DNA of 64,000 nucleotides, taken from Armatimonadetes bacterium CG2_30_59_28 (GTDB lineage: Bacteria; Armatimonadota; Abditibacteriia; CG2-30-59-28). Where the stretch lies: assembly GCA_001872605.1 (NCBI GenBank), contig MNXM01000306.1:6291-70290 (forward strand), read 5' to 3'. Numbering within the stretch: position 1 is the stretch's first letter; the number at the start of each line of letters is the position of its first letter. The notes beneath the pieces are model-generated. The model had not been told where the DNA came from. It ran no database searches and saw only the letters and a program-made list of their open reading frames with translations. Positions 9,194 to 18,825 of the stretch are shown here, one piece after another. The translations under genes and the position numbers were made by a program.

Positions 9194-9223
9194 TTGACCG
9201 ACGCCCCATTCATTGCATATACT
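9194..9223 (+). promoter_or_regulatory. candidate sigma-70 promoter TTGACC-18nt-TATACT upstream of the sigma/GGDEF gene
   Basis: ttgacc(9194-9199) gacgccccattcattgca tatact(9218-9223). Confidence 0.4.
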
Positions 9224-9297
9224 CCTGAAAGAAACGTCGAGCGCAGAAAGCTCCGGAAGCCGAAGACACCGGCGCTCGACAACATTGGTTCAGGTCG

Positions 9298-10626
9298 ATG
9301 AGGAGTAGCGCCTTGGCCCGTCGCTCGATGATCCAAGCCACGACGGCAACAAACGTCAGCGCCGTCAACCGATTCGGGGAGTATGTTGAGACGCGCGACC
9401 CGGCGTTGCGCGACGAACTTGTCCTTGAGCATCTGACGCTGGTCGAGAAGCTGTCACGACGATACGCCAATCTGGGAGAGCCTCTGGAGGATCTCGTCCA
9501 GGAAGGCTACATTGGTCTGATCAAAGCCGTCGATCAGTTCAACCCGAAGATGAGCGTGAAGTTTACGACGTATGCGACCCACGTGGTCTCCGGCGAGATT
9601 CGGCACTACCTTCGCGACCTTGGCAGATTGATCAAGGAACCCGCGTGGCTGGTTGAGTTGCGGTTCCGGGTCAACCGTTCCGCGGATGAATTGTCCCAGC
9701 GACTGGGACGTTCCCCCACCGCCGAGGAGATTGCTGAGGAGCTGGGCATCCCGGAAGAGGACGTTGCCGAGGTGGCAACAACCCGAACGATTTTTCAGGT
9801 GGCGTCGCTGGACGCAGGTAGTCCCTCGGACGATGGCGACGATTCCATCTCTGCCATCGCCGAACGCATCGCGGACGTCCGTGAGGGGTTCGCTACCCCG
9901 CTGGAGGAGAGAATGGTTCTGCGCCAGGCAGTCCGCAGGCTGCGGAAGCTGGAGCGCTCCGTTATCTATCATTTCTTCTATCAGGAGCATACCAAAACAG
10001 AGATCGCGCGCAAGCTGGACATCTCCGTCAATTACGTGTCCTACCTGATCGGACGGGGATTGAATAACATGAAACAGATGCTGATTCGGGAAGAACGAAA
10101 CGAAGCCGTGCTGAGGCTTGAATTCATGGAGGCCCGCCTGACAGCCGAAGAGGGGCAGCTCGACGATTCGGCGATGGTTGATGAAACCACTGGACTTTAC
10201 TGCCGTGCCTTCTTCGAGCGGCTGCTACAGGACGAGGTGGCGCGGGCGAGGCGGTACGAGATTGAGTTCTCCTTCATCGTTCTTGTCGTCAGGGAATGGG
10301 CGCCGCTTGTGGAAAAGGTCACGGAAAGGGAGAAGGAAAAGCTTCTGCAACGTCTCGCGGATCTGCTGAAGAGGTCGCTTCGGGACGTCGACCGCATATC
10401 CTACTACGGTCAGGGCCGATTTGGCGCTATTCTTCCACACACTGGAGCGAACGCGGACGTCGTCTCAAAGCGAATATTGAGCCAGTTGCAGGGACATGAC
10501 ATCCGACCCCCGCGGCTGAAGTCAATCCCGCCGCCACACCTCGTGTGCAACGTCTACGCTTATCCCAAAGATGCCGCGACGGCAGAAGAGTTGATCGCCC
10601 TCCTGGAAGAGACTGACCGATCGTAG
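9298..10626 (+). CDS. RNA polymerase sigma factor (SigB/F/G-type, sigma-70 group 3) fused to a C-terminal degenerate GGDEF-like domain
   Basis: Region 2 'DLVQEGYIGLIKAVDQFNP...FTTYATHVVSGEIRHYLRD'; region 4 HTH 'TKTEIARKLDISVNYVSYLIGRGLNNMKQ'. C-terminus 'DETTGLYCRAFFERLL...RDVDRISYYGQGRFGAILPHT' aligns to the GGDEF fold with GGEEF replaced by GQGRF. Confidence 0.65.
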   Translation: MRSSALARRSMIQATTATNVSAVNRFGEYVETRDPALRDELVLEHLTLVEKLSRRYANLGEPLEDLVQEGYIGLIKAVDQFNPKMSVKFTTYATHVVSGEIRHYLRDLGRLIKEPAWLVELRFRVNRSADELSQRLGRSPTAEEIAEELGIPEEDVAEVATTRTIFQVASLDAGSPSDDGDDSISAIAERIADVREGFATPLEERMVLRQAVRRLRKLERSVIYHFFYQEHTKTEIARKLDISVNYVSYLIGRGLNNMKQMLIREERNEAVLRLEFMEARLTAEEGQLDDSAMVDETTGLYCRAFFERLLQDEVARARRYEIEFSFIVLVVREWAPLVEKVTEREKEKLLQRLADLLKRSLRDVDRISYYGQGRFGAILPHTGANADVVSKRILSQLQGHDIRPPRLKSIPPPHLVCNVYAYPKDAATAEELIALLEETDRS

Positions 10627-10730
10627 AGGAAGCCAATGGCCACGGGGCCCGATTGTCGCCACCCGGTTTGCGTGACCGATTGCTCGGATATTCCCCGATC
10701 TGACGAGGGAGTCTGGAGGACTCATCAGCT

Positions 10731-12164
10731 ATGCTTGTATACAATACGCTCCACCGCACGAAGGAAGAGTTTGTCCCGCGAGAGATCGGGAAAGTCTCCA
10801 TGTACGTCTGCGGCGTGACGCCCTATGACGCGCTGCACCTGGGGCATGTGAGGACTTTCCTCTCCTACGACATGATCCGTCGCTATCTGGAGCGACTCGG
10901 TTACGAGGTGCGCCACGTCCAGAACGTGACCGATATCGATGACAAGATCATCAACCGCGCCAAGCAGTTGGGGGTGGATCCTCTGGATCTTGCGAGAAAA
11001 TACTCCGACGAGGCCCTTCAGGACTGCGACGCTCTCGGCATGCGGCGCGCACACGAGTACCCGCGTGTCTCCGTTCACATGCCGGAGATTCTGGAGATGA
11101 TCCAGTCACTGGTGCAGAAGCGAGCAGCCTATGTGCGGGATGGCAGCGTGTACTTCGATGTCAGTCGGTTCCCCGACTACGGTCAACTCTCCCATCAAAA
11201 CACCGCGGAGATGCAATCGAGCGGGAGGATTGAGGTCGACGGAAGTAAGGATGACCCCCTCGATTTTGCTCTCTGGAAATCCTCCAAGCCGGACGAACCT
11301 CGTTGGGACAGTCCGTGGGGTCCGGGCCGCCCGGGGTGGCATGTCGAGTGCTCCGCTATGTCCCTCAAATACCTTCAGAATGGGTTCGACATCCATGGAG
11401 GCGCCGTTGAGCTGCAGTTCCCGCATCATGAAAACGAGGTGGCCCAGTCGGAAGCCTACACAGGTTCTCCCCCCTTTGTGCGTTACTGGTTGCATGGAGG
11501 CGTGGTGTTTGTCGATGGCAAGAAGATGGCCAAATCCCTCGGAAACTTCATCACCGTTCAGGAAATCCTGAAGCAGGCCACTCCTGATGCGTTGAGAATG
11601 ATGTTCTACTCCACGCACTACCGTAGTCCTTTTGACTACTCGGCGTCCAGACTCGAAGAAGCGAAGGCGGCCTGGGAACGGATGCAACTGGGAATGTTGA
11701 ACCTACGCCGGGATCTCGGCAGGGAGACGAGAAGCGACGGCAGCCCCGCTGCCTCCGGCTATTTGGCGGACCGAGCGGAAGATGCGGAGCGGAAATTCGG
11801 GCGCGCGATGGGTGACGACTTCAATACCCCCATTGCTCTGGCGGCGCTCTTTGACCTTGTGTCTGAGGCGAACAAGTACCTCGCCGAAACCGCTCCATCT
11901 CCGTCCCGCTCTGCAGAAGCGGCAGCAGCTTTCATCGCCCTGGAGCGTTCTCTGTTGGTATTGGGGTTTGCCGTGGTCGAGGGCGAAGGCAAACATGGGG
12001 AAGATCAGACGGCCCTGCTGCTCGATCTGTTGGTGGAAATTCGTGAGAAGGCGAGAGAAGACAAGCAATTCCAGCTTGCTGACGCTATTCGGGCGCGCCT
12101 CCACGAGATGGAAATTGTTCTGGAGGACCATCCGGATGGAACGACTTGGCGCCGAAAGAACTAA
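10731..12164 (+). CDS. cysS: cysteine--tRNA ligase
   Basis: HIGH motif 'LHLGHVRT'; KMSKS motif 'KMAKSLGN'; zinc-binding Cys; 477 aa. Confidence 0.9.
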   Translation: MLVYNTLHRTKEEFVPREIGKVSMYVCGVTPYDALHLGHVRTFLSYDMIRRYLERLGYEVRHVQNVTDIDDKIINRAKQLGVDPLDLARKYSDEALQDCDALGMRRAHEYPRVSVHMPEILEMIQSLVQKRAAYVRDGSVYFDVSRFPDYGQLSHQNTAEMQSSGRIEVDGSKDDPLDFALWKSSKPDEPRWDSPWGPGRPGWHVECSAMSLKYLQNGFDIHGGAVELQFPHHENEVAQSEAYTGSPPFVRYWLHGGVVFVDGKKMAKSLGNFITVQEILKQATPDALRMMFYSTHYRSPFDYSASRLEEAKAAWERMQLGMLNLRRDLGRETRSDGSPAASGYLADRAEDAERKFGRAMGDDFNTPIALAALFDLVSEANKYLAETAPSPSRSAEAAAAFIALERSLLVLGFAVVEGEGKHGEDQTALLLDLLVEIREKAREDKQFQLADAIRARLHEMEIVLEDHPDGTTWRRKN

Positions 12165-13770
12165 AACAGACGCTCCGCGCCCGACGGCTGCACTGCCCCG
12201 TCGCGTCGCTATTGCTTGCGGACTATCAAGACGCCGACGTCCCTTACTGACTTTCGGTTGCTTCGTTGTGGCGCTGGCGGCCGTTCTGGGAGGATATGTA
12301 TCCAGGAGCGGTCCGAGTCGGGCAAAGTACATTCTCGGTGGGGTGCGGGTGCGGTCCATCGAGGTGGGGGGGCTGAACCCAACCGAGGCAAAGAGTCGAC
12401 TCGAGTCGTCGCTGCCGACCCCGTCCAAGGCGGAGGTCGAATTCGTCGAGGACGCGCGCCGTTTCGCTGCAGCTTGGCCAGACCTCGGCATCGGGTACGA
12501 CTATGAGGCGACCATTGCGAACGCGGTGGCTGTCGGTCGGCGAGAACCGCTGACCTCACGGCTGCGGGATCGCTTCGCCCTGATGACCCGGGGTATCACC
12601 GTCCCCGTTCAATACTCGTGCAATACGGACGCGACCGAAGCCTGGTTCACCGCTCTTGCCGCCGAGATTGACGAAGAACCCATTGATGCAGGGGCCACAT
12701 GGCGCAACGGTGGCATTGAACTCACCCCCGGGAAGGAAGGCCGCAAGCTGGATGTCAAAGGGATGACGACGGCATTGATCAACCACAGCAAGCGGGGGCG
12801 TGTGCCCAAGCAGATGGCCATTGCCATGCGCCCATCCCCACCGCGCGTGCGCCGAGCTGATCTTGCCACTCTTGAGACGGTGATCAGTCGGTACTCGACT
12901 CCTTTCAACCCCGCGAGAAAGAGCCGGACCCAGAATATGAAACTGGCCGTTCAGTCTATCGATGGGGAACTGATTCGCCCGGGGGAGACCTTCTCCTATA
13001 ACCGGTGTGTGGGCCCCCGGCTGGAGAGGTATGGCTATCTGCCGGCTCCCATATTTTCCGATGACGAGGTCGTCCAGGGAGTTGGCGGTGGAATCTGTCA
13101 GGTCGCCACGACTATCTACAATACCGCCCTGTTTTCGGGGATCGAAATAGTGACTCGATCACACCACAGCCGTCCCATCGACTACGCCCCGAGAGGCCGG
13201 GACGCCACCGTGTATTTCGGGAATACCGACCTGAGATTTCGGAACAACACCTCTCTGCCGATCTATATCCGCGTCTACATTGGCGGGAGTCGTGTCTACT
13301 GCGATTTTTACGGCAGTAAATCGCAGGAGAAGAAGGTCTCCTTGCAGTGTACCGAGGACGTTCGTGTGGAACCGATCGAGGAACGGACGGACGACCCGGG
13401 AATCCCTGAAGGGGAAGAAGTTGTGGATGACGAAGGTCGTCCTGGATTCCGGACGACGATAGTGCGGACTATAGGACCCTCGGGACCTGCGGGAAGGGAA
13501 CGGCGGGAAGTCGTTTCCAGGGACTTCTACCGTCCACGAACGCGCAAAATCCGGGTGGGAACTTCCCCGGCAACGACGGCCATGCCTTCTGATGGCTCGG
13601 TGAAGCTGCCACCATCTTCCCATTATGGAACGGCCCAATCGGGGTCGACAGGCTCTCCAACGGCGCCGAAGCTGCCGGGAGCAGGAGGCAAACCAGTTCC
13701 ACGGAAGGCGCCCAAATCCCCGGGATTGCGTGTTGAGGACCTTGGCAGTCCCTCGCCCCCACATCGTTGA
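12136..13770 (+). CDS. VanW family protein with signal-anchor, G5-like region and Pro/Ser-rich C-terminal tail
   Basis: VanW core 'GETFSYNRCVGPR...GGGICQVATTIYNTALFSGIEIVTRSHHS...DATVY'. The track ORF 11782..13770 is a 5' extension overlapping cysS; first Met after the cysS frame is at 12136 (29-bp overlap with cysS). Confidence 0.75.
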   Translation: MERLGAERTKTDAPRPTAALPRRVAIACGLSRRRRPLLTFGCFVVALAAVLGGYVSRSGPSRAKYILGGVRVRSIEVGGLNPTEAKSRLESSLPTPSKAEVEFVEDARRFAAAWPDLGIGYDYEATIANAVAVGRREPLTSRLRDRFALMTRGITVPVQYSCNTDATEAWFTALAAEIDEEPIDAGATWRNGGIELTPGKEGRKLDVKGMTTALINHSKRGRVPKQMAIAMRPSPPRVRRADLATLETVISRYSTPFNPARKSRTQNMKLAVQSIDGELIRPGETFSYNRCVGPRLERYGYLPAPIFSDDEVVQGVGGGICQVATTIYNTALFSGIEIVTRSHHSRPIDYAPRGRDATVYFGNTDLRFRNNTSLPIYIRVYIGGSRVYCDFYGSKSQEKKVSLQCTEDVRVEPIEERTDDPGIPEGEEVVDDEGRPGFRTTIVRTIGPSGPAGRERREVVSRDFYRPRTRKIRVGTSPATTAMPSDGSVKLPPSSHYGTAQSGSTGSPTAPKLPGAGGKPVPRKAPKSPGLRVEDLGSPSPPHR

Positions 13771-14046
13771 CCGGCACCAAATGCGTTCCCAATATCGGGG
13801 GATTCCCCCCGACGGCGGTTTGACTTTCTACTACGCGCTCATTATAATCACCGATGTCAACTGGAATTCGTGCCAAAGGGCCGGGGGGCCCGAGGGGAGG
13901 TGCTGCCAGCTAAACAGCGTCAATGGTTTCGGCCCGGAATGACGTACTGAGGTCAAAGCCGATCAACAGAGCAACGTCACAATAGAACATTATACCCGGC
14001 GCGCCCTGCGAAGGCGTGCAGAACTCAGCAAAGGAGAAATAGAAAT

Positions 14047-14784
14047 ATGGCGCCAAAAATGCTCTTGATAGCGCTGGCCATTTCCCTGACAGCCGGCGCG
14101 GTCCTCGCTGACCCGAACTTCTACGGGCAGACAGGACTCACCCTCAACCCCACCGCTGACATTGCAGAACCTGATGAAATTCAGGCCCGGCTGTCGACGA
14201 TGAATCAGGACACAGCGCTCCTGGACGGCAAGTGGTGGGCGGTTTCAGGCAATGGGATCGTGTCGGAGAAGCTGGAGTTGTCCCTCGGATACGTGAACCA
14301 GTCCGACGTTCTCGTAGATGACTCTGGCATCACGGCAGGACTCAAGTACTCGCTGCAGCCGGAAAACGAGAAATCACCCGCGATTGCTCTTGGGGGGATA
14401 TGGGTCAGTTCCATGGACCAGACCGGCGCTTACCTTGTTCTCAGCAAGACGTTAAGCATTGGTGAGGAGAAGATGGGGAAACAGCCCAAGAAAGTGCGTG
14501 GACATTTGGGAATTCGATGGGACGAGTTTTCAGGCGCGGCGGACGAGTCGGACGTGACCGTCTTCGGAGGCCTGAATGCCGGTCTGGGCACCAGCTTGTC
14601 CTTCGAGGGAGAAGTGGGAACCCGGCATAACGTTCAGGCAGAGACCCCCTGGGCTGCGCTGCTCAAGTACCAGATTACCCGTAAGACCTGCGTGAGCGCT
14701 GGGATGGTTCAGACGGGATTTAGTGACGACCCGGAATTCATCATCAGCTTGGGGCAGGTATGGCCCAATCTGGAGATGAAGTAG
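14047..14784 (+). CDS. hypothetical secreted protein (signal peptide)
   Basis: MAPKMLLIALAISLTAGAVLA signal peptide; AGGAGA RBS 7 nt upstream; no recognisable catalytic motif. Confidence 0.5.
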   Translation: MAPKMLLIALAISLTAGAVLADPNFYGQTGLTLNPTADIAEPDEIQARLSTMNQDTALLDGKWWAVSGNGIVSEKLELSLGYVNQSDVLVDDSGITAGLKYSLQPENEKSPAIALGGIWVSSMDQTGAYLVLSKTLSIGEEKMGKQPKKVRGHLGIRWDEFSGAADESDVTVFGGLNAGLGTSLSFEGEVGTRHNVQAETPWAALLKYQITRKTCVSAGMVQTGFSDDPEFIISLGQVWPNLEMK

Positions 14785-14815
14785 TCTCCCCGCAACAGCA
14801 ACCCCCGCGGAGGGC

Positions 14816-15934
14816 GTGGATTCCCGGAAGTCAGCGATGCTGAATCTCTGGCCGATCCGAGTCCCACGCCCTTCTGTTTTCTCGCTCAACCTGCCACGAG
14901 AGATGGTCAGCAGTATGCGATATGGTGGAATGCGTCGAGGTCCCATGGCGCCGACCCTCGTCTGGACGGCAACGTTTGCTTGCTTTGTTGCCAGTGCTGG
15001 ATACGTCCAACCACAGGAGACCTCCGTTGACGAATGGAACCGTAACTGGCGTTACTATGCCTCCGTGCGAATTCGGTGCCAATCCTACGATTTTGACGCT
15101 GAAATCGACGCCGATTTCACACGCATTCTCAAGGAGTATCGGGTCCCCGGCACCTTCGATCGACGCTCAATCCGCATCTGCGAAGCAGGTCTGAGTGATG
15201 GCTCCGCACCTGAAGTGCCGTTCGCATTTTCGCCAAATCCCGATTTTGATCCCACCTTCAACGCTCGCGGCAAATTGCAATTCCGCGTGACGCGTGGGGT
15301 TTCAGACCGCACGTTCCATGTCTACTTTGACCTCCTCGAGAACGGCGAGAAACCGCTCGTATCTTACGGCGCTCCGCAGGCGAGCGGGAACTGGCTGAGC
15401 AACGGGAGTTTTGAGGATCTGGATGCCAAGACTTCGTCGCTTGTCGACTGGCCATTCGAGCGCAGGAATGCAGTCAAGGCTGTCACGGGGGCAGCCCGCA
15501 CCGGAACCGTATCTGTGCAGCTCCTTTCCCCCAAGTCAGGACAGGCCGCCAGTCTGGGCATTCCCGGCAATGGCGCGTTTCGGGTGGTTTCGGGGGAGAA
15601 GTATCGGTTGTCGTTCTGGTCGCGAGGGGAAGACACGAACGACCGGCCGCTGCTGGTTACCGCCTACTGGTATGATCTGTCAAGAAAGTATTCCGGGCAT
15701 GAGTTGATGGCCGAGGAGGGGCGGAGCCATTGGGATTGGAGCGTGTTCTCTGGGAACCTTGTCGCTCCCCCGGAAGCTGAATGGCTGAGGTTCTACATCG
15801 CGACTTACACGACCAGCGGGGGGGTCTGGATCGACGACGTTTGCCTGACCCCCGAGAAGCTTCCCCGGCTTTCAGACTTGACGATTATTGAGCACAATCT
15901 GGCACCGGTAATTGTTGTGGAACCCAACGAGTAG
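14816..15934 (+). CDS. hypothetical secreted protein with carbohydrate-binding-module-like C-terminal region; true start probably internal Met 14903-14930
   Basis: Internal 'MRRGPMAPTLVWTATFACFVASA' looks like a signal peptide; 'GNWLSNGSFEDLD...VSVQL...' resembles CBM4/9-type beta-sandwich modules. Confidence 0.45.
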   Translation: MDSRKSAMLNLWPIRVPRPSVFSLNLPREMVSSMRYGGMRRGPMAPTLVWTATFACFVASAGYVQPQETSVDEWNRNWRYYASVRIRCQSYDFDAEIDADFTRILKEYRVPGTFDRRSIRICEAGLSDGSAPEVPFAFSPNPDFDPTFNARGKLQFRVTRGVSDRTFHVYFDLLENGEKPLVSYGAPQASGNWLSNGSFEDLDAKTSSLVDWPFERRNAVKAVTGAARTGTVSVQLLSPKSGQAASLGIPGNGAFRVVSGEKYRLSFWSRGEDTNDRPLLVTAYWYDLSRKYSGHELMAEEGRSHWDWSVFSGNLVAPPEAEWLRFYIATYTTSGGVWIDDVCLTPEKLPRLSDLTIIEHNLAPVIVVEPNE

Positions 15935-16734
15935 TGAGCGCCGTGAGAATCCTGTCACGTCTGTTGATCATCGGTGGAACCATCGGCGTCCTTCTCGCCG
16001 TCAGGAGCCTTCGCGCGCCCGATCTCAATGATTCGGGCAGAGCCCACAAACCCGAGCCGGCCGGTGACCTTTACGGAGCTGTCCCAATCGGCGGGACACT
16101 CATTGGCGGCAAGCTGCACTACGTCGAGCTTGACCTCGAACAATGGGATTTGAGGGTGCTTAGGGCCGAGAGCATCGGGGCGCAGGTCGCCGATGCAGAA
16201 ACCTACGCCAGGAAGACCGGTGCACGCATCGTCATCAACGGGGGATTCTTTGATGAACAACTGAAGCCCCTTGGGTTGGTGGTGACAGACAACAAAGTCA
16301 ACAACCCCATCCATCCCGCGAACTGGGGGGTCTTTCTTGTTTGCGACAGCGGCCCCCGCATCGTCCATCAGAGGGACTACCGAGCGGGTCCGGAACGCTA
16401 CGCGCTGCAGAGCGGGCCTCGCCTTGTTGTGAAGGGAGAGGTTACATCCCTGAAGCCCGGGAAGGCATTTCGGTCAGCCGTGGGTATTACCTCCCACGAT
16501 AGGGTCGTCCTTGCCGCAACGGAGAACACTGCTCTGAGCCTTGCGGAGTTTGCCGAGATTCTCGCCCGACCGCAATCTCAGGGAGGACTCGGATGCGTGG
16601 ACGCACTCAATCTCGACGGAGGCCCTTCCACGCAGTTCTTCATCAACCTCGACAACGTCCGTGTTAGTGTTCCCGGGGGATGGGGAATACCGACGGCATT
16701 GGCCGCTTTCCCCCGTGGAAACAAGGGTCGGTAG
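15934..16734 (+). CDS. phosphodiester glycosidase family protein (DUF2233 / NAGPA 'uncovering enzyme'-like), GTG start
   Basis: Signal anchor; motifs 'RIVINGGFFDE' and 'ALNLDGGPSTQFF' characteristic of the family. Confidence 0.65.
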   Translation: MSAVRILSRLLIIGGTIGVLLAVRSLRAPDLNDSGRAHKPEPAGDLYGAVPIGGTLIGGKLHYVELDLEQWDLRVLRAESIGAQVADAETYARKTGARIVINGGFFDEQLKPLGLVVTDNKVNNPIHPANWGVFLVCDSGPRIVHQRDYRAGPERYALQSGPRLVVKGEVTSLKPGKAFRSAVGITSHDRVVLAATENTALSLAEFAEILARPQSQGGLGCVDALNLDGGPSTQFFINLDNVRVSVPGGWGIPTALAAFPRGNKGR

Positions 16735-16806
16735 GGTAGGATGAACCAATCTCGACACAACGGCTGATTCATGGAACACGTCCGGCAACAAGGTGAACGA
16801 TCGAGC

Positions 16807-17865
16807 ATGAACGAGCACATACCCAACAAGGATGTTCCGCGGTTCCCGTGGGCGCTTTTGATCCGAGTCCTGGCAGCATGTGCGCTTGTGGGCTTCGTTG
16901 CCTACCGATCGGATCTCGGACGAGTCTGGAACGCGCTGGGGCAAATTGATCTGGCCGCGCTTGGCAAGGCCATGCTGCTCTACGGTGCGTTACAGGTTCT
17001 CAGCGCCACCAAGTGGGGATTGATTCTCAAGTCACAGTCAGGTCCTGGAAGCAATCATGTCCCCTATCCTCGCCTGATCCTCTTCTATTTCATGGGCATG
17101 TTCGCCAATCTCTTCTTCCCCAGCAGTGTCGGTGGTGACGCGCTCAGAACGGTCATGGTATCGCCTTTTGCCGGAGGCATGGGCAAAGGATCCCTCTCGA
17201 TTTTGATGGAGCGCGCGACGGGGTTCTTCGCCATGATCACGATCGGGTTAATGGCGTCCGTATTGATCGCCAACTCCGTCGGTTCCCAGCCCGGGACGCG
17301 CATGGACGCCATCACCACCACGGGAGCTCTCATCCTGCTTGGGGGAGCCGTAGCTTGTCTGGTCTTCTTCACCGCCACGATCCTCTTCAGGAAGATGGTC
17401 CTTATCGGTCGCGTACCACGATGGACCACCGACCGGCTCAGGAGGCTTCTCAGGGACTTCGCGGAATGCCTGGAAAACTTCGGTAGGAATTCAGGACTCC
17501 TGCTTGCTGTCTTCGGCGTTTCCTTTGTCTTTCAGTTGGGTTTTGTTTGCCTGACCTGGCTCATAATGAAGGCCAGCGGAGTGGAGCTCTCCTTTGTCTA
17601 TCTGTGCTACTTCCATCCCGTGCTGTCGACTATCAGCTTCATTCCCCTTACTCCGAATGCTTTGGGCGTGAGAGAGGTAACGGTCACCGCGCTCCTGGCG
17701 GCCCAGGGGTTGCCCAACCATCTCGCGCTGCTCTTCTGTCTGTGTACCTACATCGTCATGACAACCCTCAGCCTCCCCGGCGCTTTGGCCATTGTCTTTA
17801 TGAAGACAGACCTTGCCTCTATTGCCAGAAGTAGAAGGCGTCCTCCGGACGCGCCATCACCGTGA
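16807..17865 (+). CDS. UPF0104 / lysylphosphatidylglycerol-synthase-TM-like (flippase-like) polytopic membrane protein
   Basis: ~8 predicted TM helices; 'FPSSVGGDALR' motif typical of the family; AAGGTG RBS before ATG 16807 (track start 16771). Confidence 0.5.
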   Translation: MNEHIPNKDVPRFPWALLIRVLAACALVGFVAYRSDLGRVWNALGQIDLAALGKAMLLYGALQVLSATKWGLILKSQSGPGSNHVPYPRLILFYFMGMFANLFFPSSVGGDALRTVMVSPFAGGMGKGSLSILMERATGFFAMITIGLMASVLIANSVGSQPGTRMDAITTTGALILLGGAVACLVFFTATILFRKMVLIGRVPRWTTDRLRRLLRDFAECLENFGRNSGLLLAVFGVSFVFQLGFVCLTWLIMKASGVELSFVYLCYFHPVLSTISFIPLTPNALGVREVTVTALLAAQGLPNHLALLFCLCTYIVMTTLSLPGALAIVFMKTDLASIARSRRRPPDAPSP

Positions 17866-17925
17866 CGCAGGGCTCGTCGCGGACGACAGAGGCCTGCTCG
17901 CGCCGCGTGCGCAACAGCCGGAGGT

Positions 17926-18825
17926 TCACGGTCTGCGGAAGGCATACGCCTCGATAATGGTGGCGATTTCCAGGTGAAGAAGGGAGTGGGCCATTTGCGC
18001 GAGGGAATTGTAGAGCTTTTTGGCGGAGTCGATGAGTGGTCTGCCGTAGATGTTGGGGGTGCCGGGCAGCAGAACGGGCCTCTCAAAGCCTTGCCGCCGC
18101 ATGAGGGCCAACAGAGAATGGGCTGAGAAGTGATTGAGGTGGTTGAGCGTGTCGAGACCGGGATCTCGCTGAGGGCATATTGCGGAGAGGATGCGCGATC
18201 TGGACAGGTGGAAGTTCACGTTGGGTACCCGGACGACCGCGAGACCGCGTGGTTTCAGAATACGGCGAATCTCTCGAAGGATGCTTCGCGGGTCAGGCAC
18301 GTGCTCCAATACGTCCCACAGGGTGACAACGTCGAAAAACTCACAGGGATATCGGGCTTCGTGAAGCGTGCCCTGGAAGACATTGAGGCGCAGTCGGTCT
18401 CCTGCAAAGCGCGCTGCTGGCTCTGAGACCTCCACCCCATGGCACTCAAACCCCTCGGCTCTGGCGCCTTCGAGGAAGATGCCCAGCGAACAACCCACGT
18501 CGAGCAGTTTGCCCTCGGATTGATACCGACAGATGCGACGCAGTCCTTCAGTGAATACATACTGCCGGTCGTGACGAAAGGTCTGTTCCCAGTGGTCCCA
18601 GTCGGTATAACTCCCATCGTAATAGGCGAGAAGATCGACTTCTGACGGCACTGGATTACAGTAGATGTAACCGCAACGCAGACAGCGGACAACCGGCTGG
18701 ATTTCCTCCATGCGGATGATCCTGGCGTCCCGTGACGAGCACACGGCGCAGGGGCGATCCACCTTGGGGATGGGACGATCAGCGCACAACAGAGTGGTAC
18801 ACCTCCAGCGTTCTCGCTGCGACAT
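17926..18825 (-). CDS. class I SAM-dependent methyltransferase with N-terminal zinc-ribbon
   Basis: CAVC...CLRCGY zinc ribbon; 'LLDVGCSLGIFLE' motif I; 'VVTLWDVLEHVPDP'. Track ORF starts at 18861. Confidence 0.7.
   Translation of the reverse strand: MSQRERWRCTTLLCADRPIPKVDRPCAVCSSRDARIIRMEEIQPVVRCLRCGYIYCNPVPSEVDLLAYYDGSYTDWDHWEQTFRHDRQYVFTEGLRRICRYQSEGKLLDVGCSLGIFLEGARAEGFECHGVEVSEPAARFAGDRLRLNVFQGTLHEARYPCEFFDVVTLWDVLEHVPDPRSILREIRRILKPRGLAVVRVPNVNFHLSRSRILSAICPQRDPGLDTLNHLNHFSAHSLLALMRRQGFERPVLLPGTPNIYGRPLIDSAKKLYNSLAQMAHSLLHLEIATIIEAYAFRRP

Noticed and set aside
11782-12135. 5' extension of the VanW ORF across the cysS C-terminal coding region
   Set aside because: Alternative-frame read-through of cysS with Trp/Arg/Cys-rich composition. 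Signal-anchor and VanW homology start after Met 12136.
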